Under the pieces are notes generated by a model that saw nothing but the letters and a program-made list of their open reading frames with translations, made no database searches and was not told the origin of the DNA. This document shows, in pieces, positions 1 through 11,154 of a DNA stretch of 64,000 bases; within the stretch, counting starts at the first letter, position 1; the number at the start of each line of letters is the position of its first letter. The translations under genes were made by a program, and so were the position numbers. This stretch comes from Candidatus Eiseniibacteriota bacterium (lineage in GTDB: Bacteria; Eisenbacteria; RBG-16-71-46; JABDJR01). The stretch is taken from contig CAWANH010000028.1 of NCBI GenBank assembly GCA_963783375.1, positions 1,248,001 to 1,312,000 on the forward strand, in the 5' to 3' direction.

Positions 1-1103
1 TGGCCCAGGCGCCTTCCGCGACGCAATACAATCAGGCGGACGCCGCGGGAGGCTCGACGGGTAACAACTCCGCCGAGCTTCCCAAGGCGCTTCAGGGGCT
101 CAAGATCAAGGGCACCGTGTTCATCGCCTACGCGGCGCAGAAGAGCGGCGGGAAGACCAGCAACCAGTTCGAGCTCAAGCGAGGCTACCTGGACGTCCAG
201 AAGACCCTCACCCCGTATCTCTCGGGACGCTACACCACCGACATCACCCAGCTCGGCTCCGGCGACTGGGAGACCCGGGTCAAGTACCTCTACGCCAAGT
301 TCACCTTCGAGGGGAACTCCTTCATCACCCAGCCCAACGTCGAGTTCGGCCAGGGACACGCTCCGTACCACGACTTCTGGGAGGCCATCAACGGCTACCG
401 GCTCCAGGGGACCATGTTCCTGGAGCGGAGCGGGGTCTTCACCAGCGCGGATCGCGGGGTGGTCTTCGGCTCGAACCTGGGTGGGGAGATGGACGCGACC
501 TACAAGAAGGAGGTGAACGGCCACTACGCCGGGCGCCGCGGGTCGCTTCAGATCGGGGTCTACAACGGCGGCGGCTACCACGCCAAGGAGATGAACGAGA
601 ACAAGGTCGTCCAGGGCCGGGTCACCGTGCGGCCGGTTCCCGACCAGGTCCCCGGGCTCCAGGTCTCGGTGGTGGGGATGGACGGGAAGTCCAACGTGGC
701 TCCGGGTGCCTCGGGCACGCTCCCGGACTGGCGGGGGGCCGACGTGATGCTCTCCTACCAGAGCCGCCGGGTCACCGCCACCGCCGAGGGCTACGCGGGG
801 ACGGGGAACCAGAGCGGCTCCGCGACATTCAACGGGCGCTCCCTGGATCAGAACGGATACTCGGTCTTCGCCTCGGTCCGGATCCCGGAGTACGAGGCAT
901 GGGGAGTCATGGGACGCTACGACCACTTCGACAACAACATCCACACCGGCACCAACGATGAGCCGGACCGGTTCATCGGCGGGGTGTCCTACGCCATGGC
1001 TTCCGGGAACATGTGGCTGGTGGATTTCGAGCACGTGAAGCACAGCGTGAGCGGGATGTCCGACGAGAACCGGGGCGAGCTGGCCCTGCAGCTCAGCTAT
1101 TGA
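1..1103 (+). CDS. Outer-membrane beta-barrel porin-like protein (5'-partial)
   Basis: Frame is open from the window start (AQAPSATQ...). Alternating amphipathic strands, RYDHFD-type strand and C-terminal aromatic residue (LQLSY). Confidence 0.7.
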   Translation, partial: AQAPSATQYNQADAAGGSTGNNSAELPKALQGLKIKGTVFIAYAAQKSGGKTSNQFELKRGYLDVQKTLTPYLSGRYTTDITQLGSGDWETRVKYLYAKFTFEGNSFITQPNVEFGQGHAPYHDFWEAINGYRLQGTMFLERSGVFTSADRGVVFGSNLGGEMDATYKKEVNGHYAGRRGSLQIGVYNGGGYHAKEMNENKVVQGRVTVRPVPDQVPGLQVSVVGMDGKSNVAPGASGTLPDWRGADVMLSYQSRRVTATAEGYAGTGNQSGSATFNGRSLDQNGYSVFASVRIPEYEAWGVMGRYDHFDNNIHTGTNDEPDRFIGGVSYAMASGNMWLVDFEHVKHSVSGMSDENRGELALQLSY

Positions 1104-1144
1104 TCATCATCGCCCCGGATCTCGCCATCATGGCGAGTGCGATG

Positions 1145-1177
1145 AGGCCCCTCCCGAAGGGAGGGGCCTTTTCCTTT
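1145..1177 (+). terminator. Intrinsic terminator
   Basis: AGGCCCCTCCC-GAA-GGGAGGGGCCT perfect stem followed by TTTCCTTT. Confidence 0.85.
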
Positions 1178-1224
1178 CCTTTGACACCGAGGGGAGCCGG
1201 CGGGACCGGGAACGACCGGAGGCC

Positions 1225-2136
1225 CTACCTCTCCTCGTCGCTCCACTCCGCATTCCCGGGATCCATGGCGTGGAACTCGCAGAGGATTTCCCATGCCTCG
1301 CGCGCGGTTTCGGCGTAGCGGATGAGCTTCAGGTCGTCGGGATTGATGGTGCCTTCCTCCACGAAGTACTCCCAGTGGACCGCGTTCTCCCAGAACTCCC
1401 GCCCGAACAGCACCACCGGCACCGGCTGGATGGTTCGGGTCTGGAGGAGAGTCAGGGTTTCGAAGAGCTCGTCCATGGTGCCGAAGCCGCCGGGGAAGGC
1501 CACCAGCCCCTTGGCCCGCATGAGGAAGTGCATCTTCCGAAGCGCGAAGTAGTGGAACTTGAAGCAGAGCTCGGGGGTGATGTAGGAGTTGGGGACCTGC
1601 TCGTGGGGAAGGGTGATGTTGAGGCCGATGCTCTTGGCCCCGGCCTCGAAGGCACCCCGGTTGGCCGCCTCCATGATCCCGGGACCGCCGCCGGTAACCA
1701 CCACGAACTCCCGCCGCCCCACCCGCTGCTGGGAGCCGGAGATGATCCGGGCCAGCTCCCGCGCCTCGTCGTAGTAGCGGGTCTTGGCCAGCACCCGCTC
1801 GGCGATCCGTAGGCGTTGTGCCGCCTCCGGGTCGTCGGGGTTCTCGCGGAGCGCGGCCCGGAATTCCTCCACCCGCGCCTCCGCCTTCGGCCGCTCCAGG
1901 ACCCGTGTCCCGCCGAAGATCACGATGGTGGAGTTGATGTGGTGCTCCCGAAAGGCGAGATCCGGTTTCAACAGTTCCAGCTCGAGCCGGGCCGGCCGTA
2001 GCTCGTCCCGCTTCAGGAGCGCCGGGTCCTCCTCGGCCAGGACGTAGCTCGGCGAGCGGAGGATGGCCTGGAGGTTCTCCTCCGGGGAGCGCGCCTTCTG
2101 GGCTTCCTGGGTTTCCCGGTCGTGATTCGCTTTCAT
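1225..2136 (-). CDS. LOG family (TIGR00730-type) nucleotide phosphoribohydrolase
   Basis: TGGGPGIMEAANRGA, FHYFALRKMHF and PGGFGTMDE motifs. Confidence 0.9.
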   Translation of the reverse strand: MKANHDRETQEAQKARSPEENLQAILRSPSYVLAEEDPALLKRDELRPARLELELLKPDLAFREHHINSTIVIFGGTRVLERPKAEARVEEFRAALRENPDDPEAAQRLRIAERVLAKTRYYDEARELARIISGSQQRVGRREFVVVTGGGPGIMEAANRGAFEAGAKSIGLNITLPHEQVPNSYITPELCFKFHYFALRKMHFLMRAKGLVAFPGGFGTMDELFETLTLLQTRTIQPVPVVLFGREFWENAVHWEYFVEEGTINPDDLKLIRYAETAREAWEILCEFHAMDPGNAEWSDEER

Positions 2137-2524
2137 GAGTCCCTCCGAGGCCTCGGTGGACGGGCGGGAGCGCCCGGTAACCCGCCGCCGGCGGAGACCG
2201 TCACGGCTTTCCCAGCATCGACCCCAGCGCCTCCCAGGTAAAGGGCGGACGGGGCCGGGGCGAGGGCCACCAAGCGGCCGTCGGGGGAATAGGCGGGGGC
2301 GTAGGTCCGGGGGCCCTCCGAGGCCAGCCGGATCCGGCGCCGTCGGGAAGGGGCATGGCGTAGAGCCGCCCCAGGGCGGCGAACACCAGCCGTTCTCCGC
2401 CGGGAGACTGGTTCGGCCGGGACAGCATCCGCACCCGGATCGAATCCGGGGCCGGGTTCTGGGGGAAGCGAAGCGCGCGGGTCACGCTCTCTTCGACCTC
2501 GGTGATGAAGGGAATGTCGCGCAC
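2133..2524 (-). pseudogene. Frameshifted fragment of a TolB/PD40 beta-propeller protein
   Basis: One frame reads ...PNQSPGGERLVFAALGRLYAMPLPDG, then after a shift near 2340 another reads RIRLASEGPRTYAPAYSPDGRLVA. Its stop overlaps the LOG start (ATGA). Confidence 0.55.
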
Positions 2525-2639
2525 CGCCCCCCAGGCCGGCCAGGAGGGCGGCGATACGGGTCCCGGGGGATTTGGTTAGGATGATGGACATGATGAGATC
2601 CTCTGCGCGAGACGAGCGTCCGGTGGCGGGACCGGGAGG

Positions 2640-3476
2640 GTGAGCACCGGCGGAGTCTACACGGCGAACACGGCCGAAACCAGGGTCGCGCGGGCGGGGG
2701 TTGGGGGGGCGCCGGAGGCCCTCCGGACGACGCCCACGCCGGGCATTTCCGTGATCGTTCCCGCCCTGGACGAGGAGGCGGCGATCGCCGCCGCGGTCGC
2801 GTCCGCCCGGGAGCAGGAGCCGGCCCCGCTCGAGGTCCTGGTGGTGGACGGCGGCTCCGTCGATCGCACCCGGGAACGCGCGCGGGCGGCGGGGGCGAAC
2901 GTCCTGGCCTCGCCCCGGGGGCGCGGGCGCCAGCTCCATGCCGGCGCGCTCGCCGCCCGAGGCTCCGTCCTCTTCTTCCTCCACGCCGACACCCGGCTCC
3001 CGGCGGGAGCGCTTGCCGCGGTGATGCGCGCCCTGAAGGCGGACGAGGTGGTGGGTGGCCGGCTCCGCCTCGCCTTCGATCGCCGCCACCCGGTGCTCGA
3101 TGCGATCGCCTATCTGTCGCGTCTCGGCTGGGGGGCGGCCGCCTACGGCGATGCCGGCTTCTTCGTCCGGGCCGGAATGTACCGGCGTATCGGGGGGTTC
3201 GAGCCGCTTCCGATCCTGGAGGACGTCCGGTTCTACCGGCGGCTCATGGGCGCAGGTCGAACGGTGGTGGCGCGCCCCGCCGCGGTGACCTCGGCGCGGC
3301 GCTTCCTCCGCCGCGGACCCTTCCGCCAGCTCGCGCTCGACTGCGCCATTCTCCTGGCCCATCGGGCGGGGGTGGACCCGGAACGGCTTGCCCGTATCTA
3401 CCGTCCGGACAACGGTCTGTCCGATCGGGGCGCCTCTGATTTGGCTTTAGTTGAAAATCCTCCCGATCATGTATGA
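2640..3476 (+). CDS. Glycosyltransferase family 2 (TIGR04283-like)
   Basis: ISVIVPALDEE, VVDGGS, FLHADT, ILEDV and TSARRF motifs. Confidence 0.85.
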   Translation: MSTGGVYTANTAETRVARAGVGGAPEALRTTPTPGISVIVPALDEEAAIAAAVASAREQEPAPLEVLVVDGGSVDRTRERARAAGANVLASPRGRGRQLHAGALAARGSVLFFLHADTRLPAGALAAVMRALKADEVVGGRLRLAFDRRHPVLDAIAYLSRLGWGAAAYGDAGFFVRAGMYRRIGGFEPLPILEDVRFYRRLMGAGRTVVARPAAVTSARRFLRRGPFRQLALDCAILLAHRAGVDPERLARIYRPDNGLSDRGASDLALVENPPDHV

Positions 3477-3606
3477 TTCAGGGGCTTGGTTCCGGGCACG
3501 AGGTGCGCGGCCGGGCAGGGTGGGCTCCGATTGCATCCCGGGATCGCCCAGGCGGCAACCGCGCCCGATTATTTGCGGCGCATGGGCCGCAGTGGAGTGG
3601 TTGAGC

Positions 3607-3894
3607 ATGGCCAAAAAGATCTATGTGGGGAACCTTCCCTTCAGCGCGACCGAGGAAGACATCCGCGAGCTGTTCGAGGCCCACGGCACCGTCCACTCGG
3701 TGAACATCATCACCGACCGGGACACCGGCCGCCCCCGCGGATTCGGTTTCATCGAGATGGACGATGCCGACGCCGCGTCCGCCATCGGCGCCCTCGACGG
3801 GGTGAGCATGGGCGGACGGAACCTCCAGGTGAACGAGGCAAAGCCCCGCACGGAATCCCCCGGAGGACGCGGCGGCCCCCGACGGCGTCACTGA
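3607..3894 (+). CDS. RRM RNA-binding protein
   Basis: RNP2 IYVGNL, RNP1 RGFGFIEM and a Gly/Arg tail. Confidence 0.95.
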   Translation: MAKKIYVGNLPFSATEEDIRELFEAHGTVHSVNIITDRDTGRPRGFGFIEMDDADAASAIGALDGVSMGGRNLQVNEAKPRTESPGGRGGPRRRH

Positions 3895-4129
3895 TCGCCC
3901 TTCCCCTTCCCGACGCGCCGGGATCCCCGGAACCGACCGGGCCCGGCGCGGCGGACCCGCCTCACCGCCTCGAGCCCCGCCGGCGCCACCCGGCACGCCG
4001 GCCCTCCGGGAGCGATTCCCGTCCGGCCCTTCCGGCTCCTGCGCCCGCCCACCCGATGTGTTAGCGTGATTCGGAAGCCCTGACCGCCCTCCCGGGGCGG
4101 AGCCAAACGAAAAGAAAGGACTGCGACCC

Positions 4130-4543
4130 ATGGCCGAACGCCTGATTGCCATTGAATACAGCCTCTTCCTCGACGACGGATCCCAGGTGGATACCAACGC
4201 CGGCGGGGATCCGCTGGTGTACCGCGAGGGGGCCGGCCAGATCCTTCCCGCCCTCGAGCACCAGATCGCCGATCTCGGTGCCGGCGAGACCAAACGGGTC
4301 GTGCTGGCCGCCGAGGACGCCTACGGTCCCATCCAGCCCGACGCCTTCCGCGAGGTCGAGGCGGAGGCCATTCCCGAGGAGGCGAGGGAGCCCGGGACCA
4401 TGCTGGTGGCGGAGGACGGCGAGGGGCACAAGCACCAGGTGCGGGTCCATGAGGTGAAGGATGACGCCGTCGTCCTCGATCTGAACCACCCCCTGGCCGG
4501 CCAGACCCTCACCTTCGACGTCAAGGTGGTGGACATCAAGTAG
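4130..4543 (+). CDS. slyD: FKBP-type peptidyl-prolyl isomerase (SlyD-like, no His tail)
   Basis: AYG motif, DLNHPLAGQTLTFDVKV; AGGA RBS. Confidence 0.85.
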   Translation: MAERLIAIEYSLFLDDGSQVDTNAGGDPLVYREGAGQILPALEHQIADLGAGETKRVVLAAEDAYGPIQPDAFREVEAEAIPEEAREPGTMLVAEDGEGHKHQVRVHEVKDDAVVLDLNHPLAGQTLTFDVKVVDIK

Positions 4544-4574
4544 GGCGGCGGTCCCGGTGCGGGGGAGGCCGGTC

Positions 4575-5198
4575 ATGGCACACGCGACGCGGTTGGCCGT
4601 CCTGGTTTGCGCCTGGGTCGGAGCCCTCACTCCCGCGGTCGCGGGGGCATGGGAGGCGGACGGACCCCCCGGCCCCTGGACCTTCCGGACGCGGGTGTTT
4701 CTCACCGGGCAATCCGACGAGTCCGATCCCCCCGGCTACGTGGTGTACAGCGCCCTGGGGCTGGAAGCCGGCCTCGATCGCGCTCTCGGCCGCCGTCTCG
4801 CGGTCGCGCTGACCGTTCGTACCGAATCCCGCGAGGTCGACGTGGCCACGGCCGCCGGTCCCGATACCCGCCTGGGATCCATCGAGTTCCTCCCCGTGAA
4901 CCTCTTCCTCCAGTATCGCCCGCGCCCGGACGGGAGCGTCCACCCCTACGTCGGGGCGGGGGTGAACCTCACCGTGGCCTGGGAGAAGAGCGGCGCACTG
5001 GACTCGAACGCCGTGAGCCCCGGGGTGGGTCCCGCGGTCCAGCTCGGCGCGGATTTCGACCTGGGCCCCGCGATGCTCTGGACGCTGGAAGCCCGGTGGA
5101 ACGCCCATCGGACCGAACTCCGTTCCGGCTCCACGAAGCCGGTCTCCCTGACCCTGGACACCGTGGTCCTGGGGACCGGGGTGGGATTCCGGTTCTGA
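4575..5198 (+). CDS. OmpW family outer-membrane protein
   Basis: Signal peptide, PVNLFLQY, HPYVGAG and C-terminal GVGFRF. Confidence 0.8.
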   Translation: MAHATRLAVLVCAWVGALTPAVAGAWEADGPPGPWTFRTRVFLTGQSDESDPPGYVVYSALGLEAGLDRALGRRLAVALTVRTESREVDVATAAGPDTRLGSIEFLPVNLFLQYRPRPDGSVHPYVGAGVNLTVAWEKSGALDSNAVSPGVGPAVQLGADFDLGPAMLWTLEARWNAHRTELRSGSTKPVSLTLDTVVLGTGVGFRF

Positions 5199-5365
5199 CC
5201 CCTCGGCCGGCGCATCGCGGGTCGGGATCCATCCCCGTCGATTCCCCCCGCCTTGAAAATCCGAACCTCGCTATCCACAATGACTTGGGGAGGCGATTTC
5301 CCGCCCCGCAGTGGACCGGTCCACTCCAGGGATGCGCTTCCGGCTATTAGTCAATTCCAGATTCC

Positions 5366-5393
5366 GTAACCCTTGAAAAGCTCTATCGTTACG
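5366..5393. promoter_or_regulatory. GTAAC-N17-GTTAC motif upstream of nifJ
   Basis: Inverted ends; 21/28 identical to 15445-15472. Confidence 0.5.
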
Positions 5394-5460
5394 CGGTCGG
5401 GAGTAGAATCGTCGGTCGGACCGTGATACCAACGGTCGAACGCTTGAAGGGAGATCAAGA

Positions 5461-8400
5461 ATGGCCCGACGCCAAGTGACCATGGACGGCAACGAAGCCG
5501 CCGCCTACGTGGCCCACCGAACCAACGAAGTGATCGCGATTTACCCCATCACCCCCTCCTCGGCCATGGGGGAGCTCTCCGATGAGTGGAGCGCCCGCGG
5601 CCAGAAGAACATCTGGGGGACGGTTCCCCAGGTGGTGGAGATGCAGTCCGAGGGCGGCGCCGCGGGGGCGGTGCACGGGGCGCTCCAGGCGGGGTCGCTC
5701 ACCACGACCTTCACCGCCAGCCAGGGGCTCCTCCTCATGATTCCCAACATGTACAAGATCGCCGGGGAGCTCACGAGCACGGTGTTCCACATCGCCGCCC
5801 GCTCGCTCTCCGCCCAGGCGCTCTCCATCTTCGGCGACCACTCCGACGTGATGGCCGCCCGCTCCACCGGTTTCGGGATGCTGTTCTCGAACTCGGTGCA
5901 GGAGGTGATGGACTTCGCGCTCATCTCCCAGGCGGTGACACTGGAAGCGCGGATCCCCTTCCTCCACATCTTCGACGGCTTCCGCACCTCCCACGAGGTC
6001 CTCAAGATCGAGGTTCTGGACGAGGAGGACATCCGGGCGCTGATCGACGACGAGCTGGTCCGGGCCCACCGCCTCCGGGGTCTCTCCCCCGACCGTCCCT
6101 TCGTCCGCGGCACCGCCCAGAACCCCGACGTCTACTTCCAGGCCCGCGAGACCGTGAACCCCTACTACCTGGCCCTTCCCGAGATCGTGGAACGGACCAT
6201 GGAGCGGTTCGAGAAGCAGGTCGGACGCCGGTACCGGCTCTTCGACTACGTGGGCGCGCCGGACGCCGAGCGGGTCATCGCGCTCATGGGTTCGGGGGCG
6301 GAGACCGCCGAGGAGACGGTGAACCACCTGACCGCGGAGGGGGAGAAGGTCGGGCTGATCAAGGTCCGCCTCTACCGGCCGTTCGCGGTGGAGCGGTTCC
6401 TGGCCGCCCTGCCCAGGACCGTCAAGACCATCGGGGTGCTCGACCGTACCAAGGAACCCGGCGCGAGCGGGGAGCCGCTCTACCAGGATGTGGTGACCGC
6501 GGTGAGCGAGGGCATGATGGCCGGGTCCGCGCCGTTTGCGACCTTCCCGCGGGTGGTCGGCGGCCGCTACGGGCTTTCGTCCAAGGAATTCACCCCGGCC
6601 ATGGTGAAGGGGCTCTTCCAGGAGCTCTCCAAGCCGGCGCCCAAGAACCACTTCACGGTGGGGATCGTGGACGACGTCACCCACACCAGCCTCTCCTGGG
6701 ACCCCGGCTTCAACATCGAGCCCAAGGAAGTCACCCGGGCGCTCTTCTGGGGACTCGGTTCCGACGGCACGGTGGGGGCCAACAAGAACTCCATCAAGAT
6801 CATCGGCGAGGAGACCCCGTTCTACGCCCAGGGCTACTTCGTCTACGATTCCAAGAAGGCCGGGGCGAGGACGGTGTCCCACCTCCGGTTCGGCCCCAAG
6901 CCGATCCACAGCACCTACCTGATCGGCAAGGCCAGCTTCGTGGCCGTCCACCAGTTCGGCTTCCTGGAGCGGTTCGACACCCTGGCCCAGGCCGAGGAGG
7001 GGGCGACCCTGCTCCTCAACAGCCCCTACGGCCCGGACGAGCTGTGGGAGAAGCTCCCGCGCACCGTCCAGGAGACGATCATCCGGAAGAAGCTGAAGCT
7101 CTACATGATCGACGCCTACGGGGTGGCCCGGGAGAACAACCTGGGGGTGCGGACCAACACCATCATGCAGACCTGCTTCTTCGCCCTGAGCGGGGTGCTT
7201 CCGCGGGACGAGGCCATCACCAAGATCAAGGAAGCGATCAAGAAGACCTACGGGAAGCGGGGCGAGGCGGTGGTCAAGATGAACTACGCCGCGGTGGACG
7301 CGGCCCTGGCCCACCTCCACGAGATCGCGGTCCCGGCCACCGCGGAGAGCGCGATCGAGCTGCCTCCGGTGGTGGCCGCCGAGGCCCCGAAGTTCGTCCG
7401 GGAGGTGACGGCGCGGATGATGGCCGGCGAGGGGGACCTCCTCCCGGTGAGCGCCCTCCCCGCCGACGGCACCTACCCGAGCGGCACCACCCAGTGGGAG
7501 AAGCGGAACATCGCGCTGGAGGTCCCGGTCTGGGAAGAGGATATCTGCATCCAGTGCGGGAAGTGCGTGATCGTCTGCCCGCACTCGGTGATCCGCTCCA
7601 AGGTCGTGGAGGAGTCGGCCCTGGCCGGGGCCCCGGCCGCCTTCAAGACCACCGAGGCCCGCTGGCGGGAGCTCAAGGGACAGAAGTACACCCTCCAGGT
7701 GGCGGTGGAGGACTGCACCGGGTGCAGCCTCTGCGTCGAGGTCTGCCCGGCCAAGGACAAGAGCCAGGTGGGGCGGAAGGCCATCAACATGAAGTCCCAG
7801 CTCCCGATCCGCGAGCAGGAGCGGGCGAACTGGGACTTCTTCCTCGGGCTACCCGAGGTGGATCGGACCGGCGAATCGTCCGGGCTCCGCTTCACCAAGC
7901 CCAAGGACGTGCAGCTCCTGGATCCCCTCTTCGAGTTCTCCAGCGCCTGCGCGGGTTGCGGCGAGACGCCCTACCTGAAGCTCCTGAGCCAGCTCTTCGG
8001 GGAGCGGAGCCTCGTGGCCAATGCTACCGGGTGCTCGAGCATCTACGGTGGGAACCTCCCCACCACCCCGTGGTCGGTGAATCGCCACGGCCGCGGGCCG
8101 GCCTGGAGCAACTCGCTCTTCGAGGACAACGCCGAGTTCGGGATGGGGATGCGGGTGGCGCTGGACAAGCAGGTCGAGTACGCCCGGGAACTCCTGGAGC
8201 GGTTGAAGGGGGACGTGGGGCCGGACCTGGCCGAGGCCGTCCTCGGCGCCGACCAGTCCGCCGAGTCCGGGATCGAGGCCCAGCGAAAGCGGGTGGGGCG
8301 GTTGAAGGAGGCCCTGGCCGGCCGGACCGACGGGCCTTCCCGGGATCTCATGAGCCTGGCTGACGTGCTGGTGAAGAAGTCGGTGTGGATCGTGGGCGGC

Positions 8401-9072
8401 GACGGCTGGGCCTACGACATCGGCTACGGCGGTCTGGATCACGTCCTGGCCACGGGGCGGAACACGAAGCTCCTGGTGCTCGACACCGAGGTCTACTCCA
8501 ATACCGGCGGCCAGGCCTCCAAGGCCACCGGCATGGGCGCGGTGGCCAAGTTCGCGGCCGGCGGGAAGGGAACCCCCAAGAAAGACCTCGGGCTTCTCGC
8601 CATGTCCTACGGCTACGTCTACGTGGCCCAGGTGGCGATGGGGGCCAACGACAGCCAGACCATCCGGGCGTTCCAGGAGGCCGAGGCCTACGACGGGCCC
8701 TCGATCATCATCGCCTACAGCCACTGCATCGCCCACGGGATCGACATGGCCAAGGGGATGAACCAGCAGAAGCTCGCCGTCGATTCCGGGCACTGGATCC
8801 TCTATCGGTACAACCCCCTGCTCCGGGCGGAGGGGAAGAACCCGCTGGAGCTGGACTCCAAGGCGCCGAGCATCCCGCTCAAGGACTACGCCTACAACGA
8901 GACGCGCTACCGGATGCTGGCCCAGTCCAACCCCGAAGCCGCCAAGCGGCTCCTGACCGCCGCCCAGGACGCGGTGAATTCGCACTGGAAGCTCTACGAG
9001 CGGATGGCCAGGGGGGAAGAGCCGACCGGCGAGGCGCCGGCCCCGGCCAAGGACACCGTCACGACTTCGTAG
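5461..9072 (+). CDS. nifJ: Pyruvate:ferredoxin/flavodoxin oxidoreductase
   Basis: [16 protein letters not shown], two CxxCxxCxxxCP motifs, CAGCGET and TPP-binding [10 protein letters not shown]. Confidence 0.97.
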   Translation: MARRQVTMDGNEAAAYVAHRTNEVIAIYPITPSSAMGELSDEWSARGQKNIWGTVPQVVEMQSEGGAAGAVHGALQAGSLTTTFTASQGLLLMIPNMYKIAGELTSTVFHIAARSLSAQALSIFGDHSDVMAARSTGFGMLFSNSVQEVMDFALISQAVTLEARIPFLHIFDGFRTSHEVLKIEVLDEEDIRALIDDELVRAHRLRGLSPDRPFVRGTAQNPDVYFQARETVNPYYLALPEIVERTMERFEKQVGRRYRLFDYVGAPDAERVIALMGSGAETAEETVNHLTAEGEKVGLIKVRLYRPFAVERFLAALPRTVKTIGVLDRTKEPGASGEPLYQDVVTAVSEGMMAGSAPFATFPRVVGGRYGLSSKEFTPAMVKGLFQELSKPAPKNHFTVGIVDDVTHTSLSWDPGFNIEPKEVTRALFWGLGSDGTVGANKNSIKIIGEETPFYAQGYFVYDSKKAGARTVSHLRFGPKPIHSTYLIGKASFVAVHQFGFLERFDTLAQAEEGATLLLNSPYGPDELWEKLPRTVQETIIRKKLKLYMIDAYGVARENNLGVRTNTIMQTCFFALSGVLPRDEAITKIKEAIKKTYGKRGEAVVKMNYAAVDAALAHLHEIAVPATAESAIELPPVVAAEAPKFVREVTARMMAGEGDLLPVSALPADGTYPSGTTQWEKRNIALEVPVWEEDICIQCGKCVIVCPHSVIRSKVVEESALAGAPAAFKTTEARWRELKGQKYTLQVAVEDCTGCSLCVEVCPAKDKSQVGRKAINMKSQLPIREQERANWDFFLGLPEVDRTGESSGLRFTKPKDVQLLDPLFEFSSACAGCGETPYLKLLSQLFGERSLVANATGCSSIYGGNLPTTPWSVNRHGRGPAWSNSLFEDNAEFGMGMRVALDKQVEYARELLERLKGDVGPDLAEAVLGADQSAESGIEAQRKRVGRLKEALAGRTDGPSRDLMSLADVLVKKSVWIVGGDGWAYDIGYGGLDHVLATGRNTKLLVLDTEVYSNTGGQASKATGMGAVAKFAAGGKGTPKKDLGLLAMSYGYVYVAQVAMGANDSQTIRAFQEAEAYDGPSIIIAYSHCIAHGIDMAKGMNQQKLAVDSGHWILYRYNPLLRAEGKNPLELDSKAPSIPLKDYAYNETRYRMLAQSNPEAAKRLLTAAQDAVNSHWKLYERMARGEEPTGEAPAPAKDTVTTS

Positions 9073-9121
9073 CCGCCGGGCCCGGCGGTGTTACCGGCCG
9101 CCGGGCAGGAAAGGGAAAGCC

Positions 9122-10138
9122 ATGGACCTGACCACGACCTATCTGGGCCTCACCCTCAAGAACCCGATCGTTCCGTCGGCGTCGCCGCTCTCGGAGAACA
9201 TCGACAACATCCGGCGGATGGAGGATCTCGGGGCGGCCGCGGTGGTGATGTACTCGCTCTTCGAGGAGGAGATCAACCGCCAGAGCCGGACCCTCGATCA
9301 CTTCCTGAACTACGGGAGCGAGAGCTTCGCCGAGGCCACGACCTATCTTCCGGACCTCGAGAGCTACCGCATCGGGCCCGAGGAGTACGTGAACCACGTG
9401 CGCCGGGCCAAGGAGGCGGTGGACATCCCGGTGATCGGGAGCCTGAACGGGGTGTCCTCGGGCGGGTGGATCGAGTACGCGGGGAAGATCGAGGAGGCCG
9501 GCGCCGACGCCCTCGAGCTCAACATCTACTACATCCCCACCAGTCCCGAGCTCGGCGGCGCCGAGGTGGAGAAGATGTACCTGGACGTGGTCCGGGATGT
9601 GAAGCGGACGGTGGGGATCCCGGTGGCGGTCAAGATCGTTCCGTTCTTCAGCTCCATGGCCAACATGGCCGGTCATCTGAAGGAAGCGGGAGCCGACGCC
9701 CTGGTGCTCTTCAACCGGTTCTACCAGCCGGACTTCGACCTGGAACTCCTGGAGGTGGTGCCGCACCTCGTTCTGAGCAACTCGTTCGACATGCGGCTGG
9801 CCCTTCGCTGGGTGGCGATCCTCTACGGGCGGGTCGAGACCGACTTCGCCATCTCGCGCGGCGTTCACACCTACGAGGACGTGTTGAAGGGCGTGATGGC
9901 CGGGGCCAACGTCACCATGATGGCGTCCGAGCTGCTCCAGAACGGTCTGGGGCGGATTCCCGCCATCCTCGGCGATCTCGCCGACTGGATGGAGAAGCAC
10001 GAGTACGTGTCGATCCAGCAGATGCGCGGGAGCATGAGCCAGCAGCACGTGACCGAGCCCGCGGCCTTCGAGCGCGCGAACTACATGAAGGTGATCCACT
10101 CCTGGCGGCCGGACCCGACGGGAAAGTTGATGTACTGA
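9122..10138 (+). CDS. Dihydroorotate dehydrogenase-like flavoprotein (usual nifJ partner)
   Basis: [28 protein letters not shown] and FERANY; directly after nifJ. Confidence 0.9.
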   Translation: MDLTTTYLGLTLKNPIVPSASPLSENIDNIRRMEDLGAAAVVMYSLFEEEINRQSRTLDHFLNYGSESFAEATTYLPDLESYRIGPEEYVNHVRRAKEAVDIPVIGSLNGVSSGGWIEYAGKIEEAGADALELNIYYIPTSPELGGAEVEKMYLDVVRDVKRTVGIPVAVKIVPFFSSMANMAGHLKEAGADALVLFNRFYQPDFDLELLEVVPHLVLSNSFDMRLALRWVAILYGRVETDFAISRGVHTYEDVLKGVMAGANVTMMASELLQNGLGRIPAILGDLADWMEKHEYVSIQQMRGSMSQQHVTEPAAFERANYMKVIHSWRPDPTGKLMY

Positions 10139-10203
10139 GACCGGCGCGGCCGCCGCGAGGGCGCCCCTTCCCTCCGCGGCCCGGCCGTGGCAAGCTTCCC
10201 GGC

Positions 10204-11007
10204 ATGACGCGCTCTCTCTTCCCCGGGTGGGATGCCCAAAAACCGGTGATCGGCATGGTGCACCTTCTCCCCCTGGCCGGCTCGCCCGGCTACCGCGGGG
10301 ACCCCGGCGCCGTCCGCGAAGCCGCCCTCCGCGACGCCGACGCCCTGGCCGAGGGGGGCGTCGACGCCATCATGATGGAGAACTTCCGGGACGCGCCCTT
10401 CTTTCCCGGGAACGTGCCGGCCTCGGTGACCGCCCAGATGACCGCCCTCGCCGTCGAGATCCGCCGCCGCTTCGACCAGCCCCTGGGGGTGAACGTCCTT
10501 CGGAACGACGGGGTGGCGGCGCTCTCCGCCGCCCATGCCGCCGGGGCCGACTTCATCCGGGTGAACGTCCTCGTCGCGGCCCGGCTCACCGACCAGGGGA
10601 TCGTGCACGGGATCGCCCACACGCTCCTTCGCGAGCGGAAGCACCTGGGGGCGGAGCGGATCCGTATCCTGGCCGACGTCCGGGTCAAGCACTCGGCCCC
10701 TCTCGGCGACTACCCCCTGGAGGACGAGGTGGAAGACCTGCTTCACCGCGGGGGCGCCGATGCGGTCGTGGTCTCGGGAACCGGAACCGGGAAGGCCACC
10801 GATCCCGGAGAGGTGGCGCGGGTGAAGCGCGCGGCGGGCGACGCCCCGGTCCTGGTGGGAAGCGGGGTCAGCGCCGAGACCGTGGCGCGGCTGCGCGATC
10901 ACGCCGACGGGTTCATCGTGGGCACCGCGATCAAGCGCGGAGCCTCGGTGGGCGAGCCGGTGGACCCGGAGCGGGTCCGGGAGCTGCTCGCCGCCCTCCG
11001 CGGCTGA
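10204..11007 (+). CDS. BtpA/SgcQ family TIM-barrel protein
   Basis: IGMVHL, MENFRDAPF, GVNVLRND, DVRVKH and VSGTGTG. Confidence 0.9.
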   Translation: MTRSLFPGWDAQKPVIGMVHLLPLAGSPGYRGDPGAVREAALRDADALAEGGVDAIMMENFRDAPFFPGNVPASVTAQMTALAVEIRRRFDQPLGVNVLRNDGVAALSAAHAAGADFIRVNVLVAARLTDQGIVHGIAHTLLRERKHLGAERIRILADVRVKHSAPLGDYPLEDEVEDLLHRGGADAVVVSGTGTGKATDPGEVARVKRAAGDAPVLVGSGVSAETVARLRDHADGFIVGTAIKRGASVGEPVDPERVRELLAALRG

Positions 11008-11154
11008 CCTCGCGCGCGGCGCGGCACCCTCCGCGGTCGATGCCGCCGGCCAGGAACCGCATTCGCCGCGGGTTGATCTCCCCGGTTGCCGGATTCCCGG
11101 CGTCGTGGCTATGCTCGTTCGGCCGCTCATTGTCCAAGCAATCGGAGGTGTCCC

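Noticed and set aside
5271-5279. Single DnaA-box-like CTATCCACA upstream of nifJ
   Set aside because: An isolated one-mismatch 9-mer is expected by chance.
5455-8985. Long antisense or alternate-frame ORFs over nifJ (also over the S9, typA, sppA and S8 genes)
   Set aside because: Shadow ORFs caused by GC-rich codon usage of the real genes.
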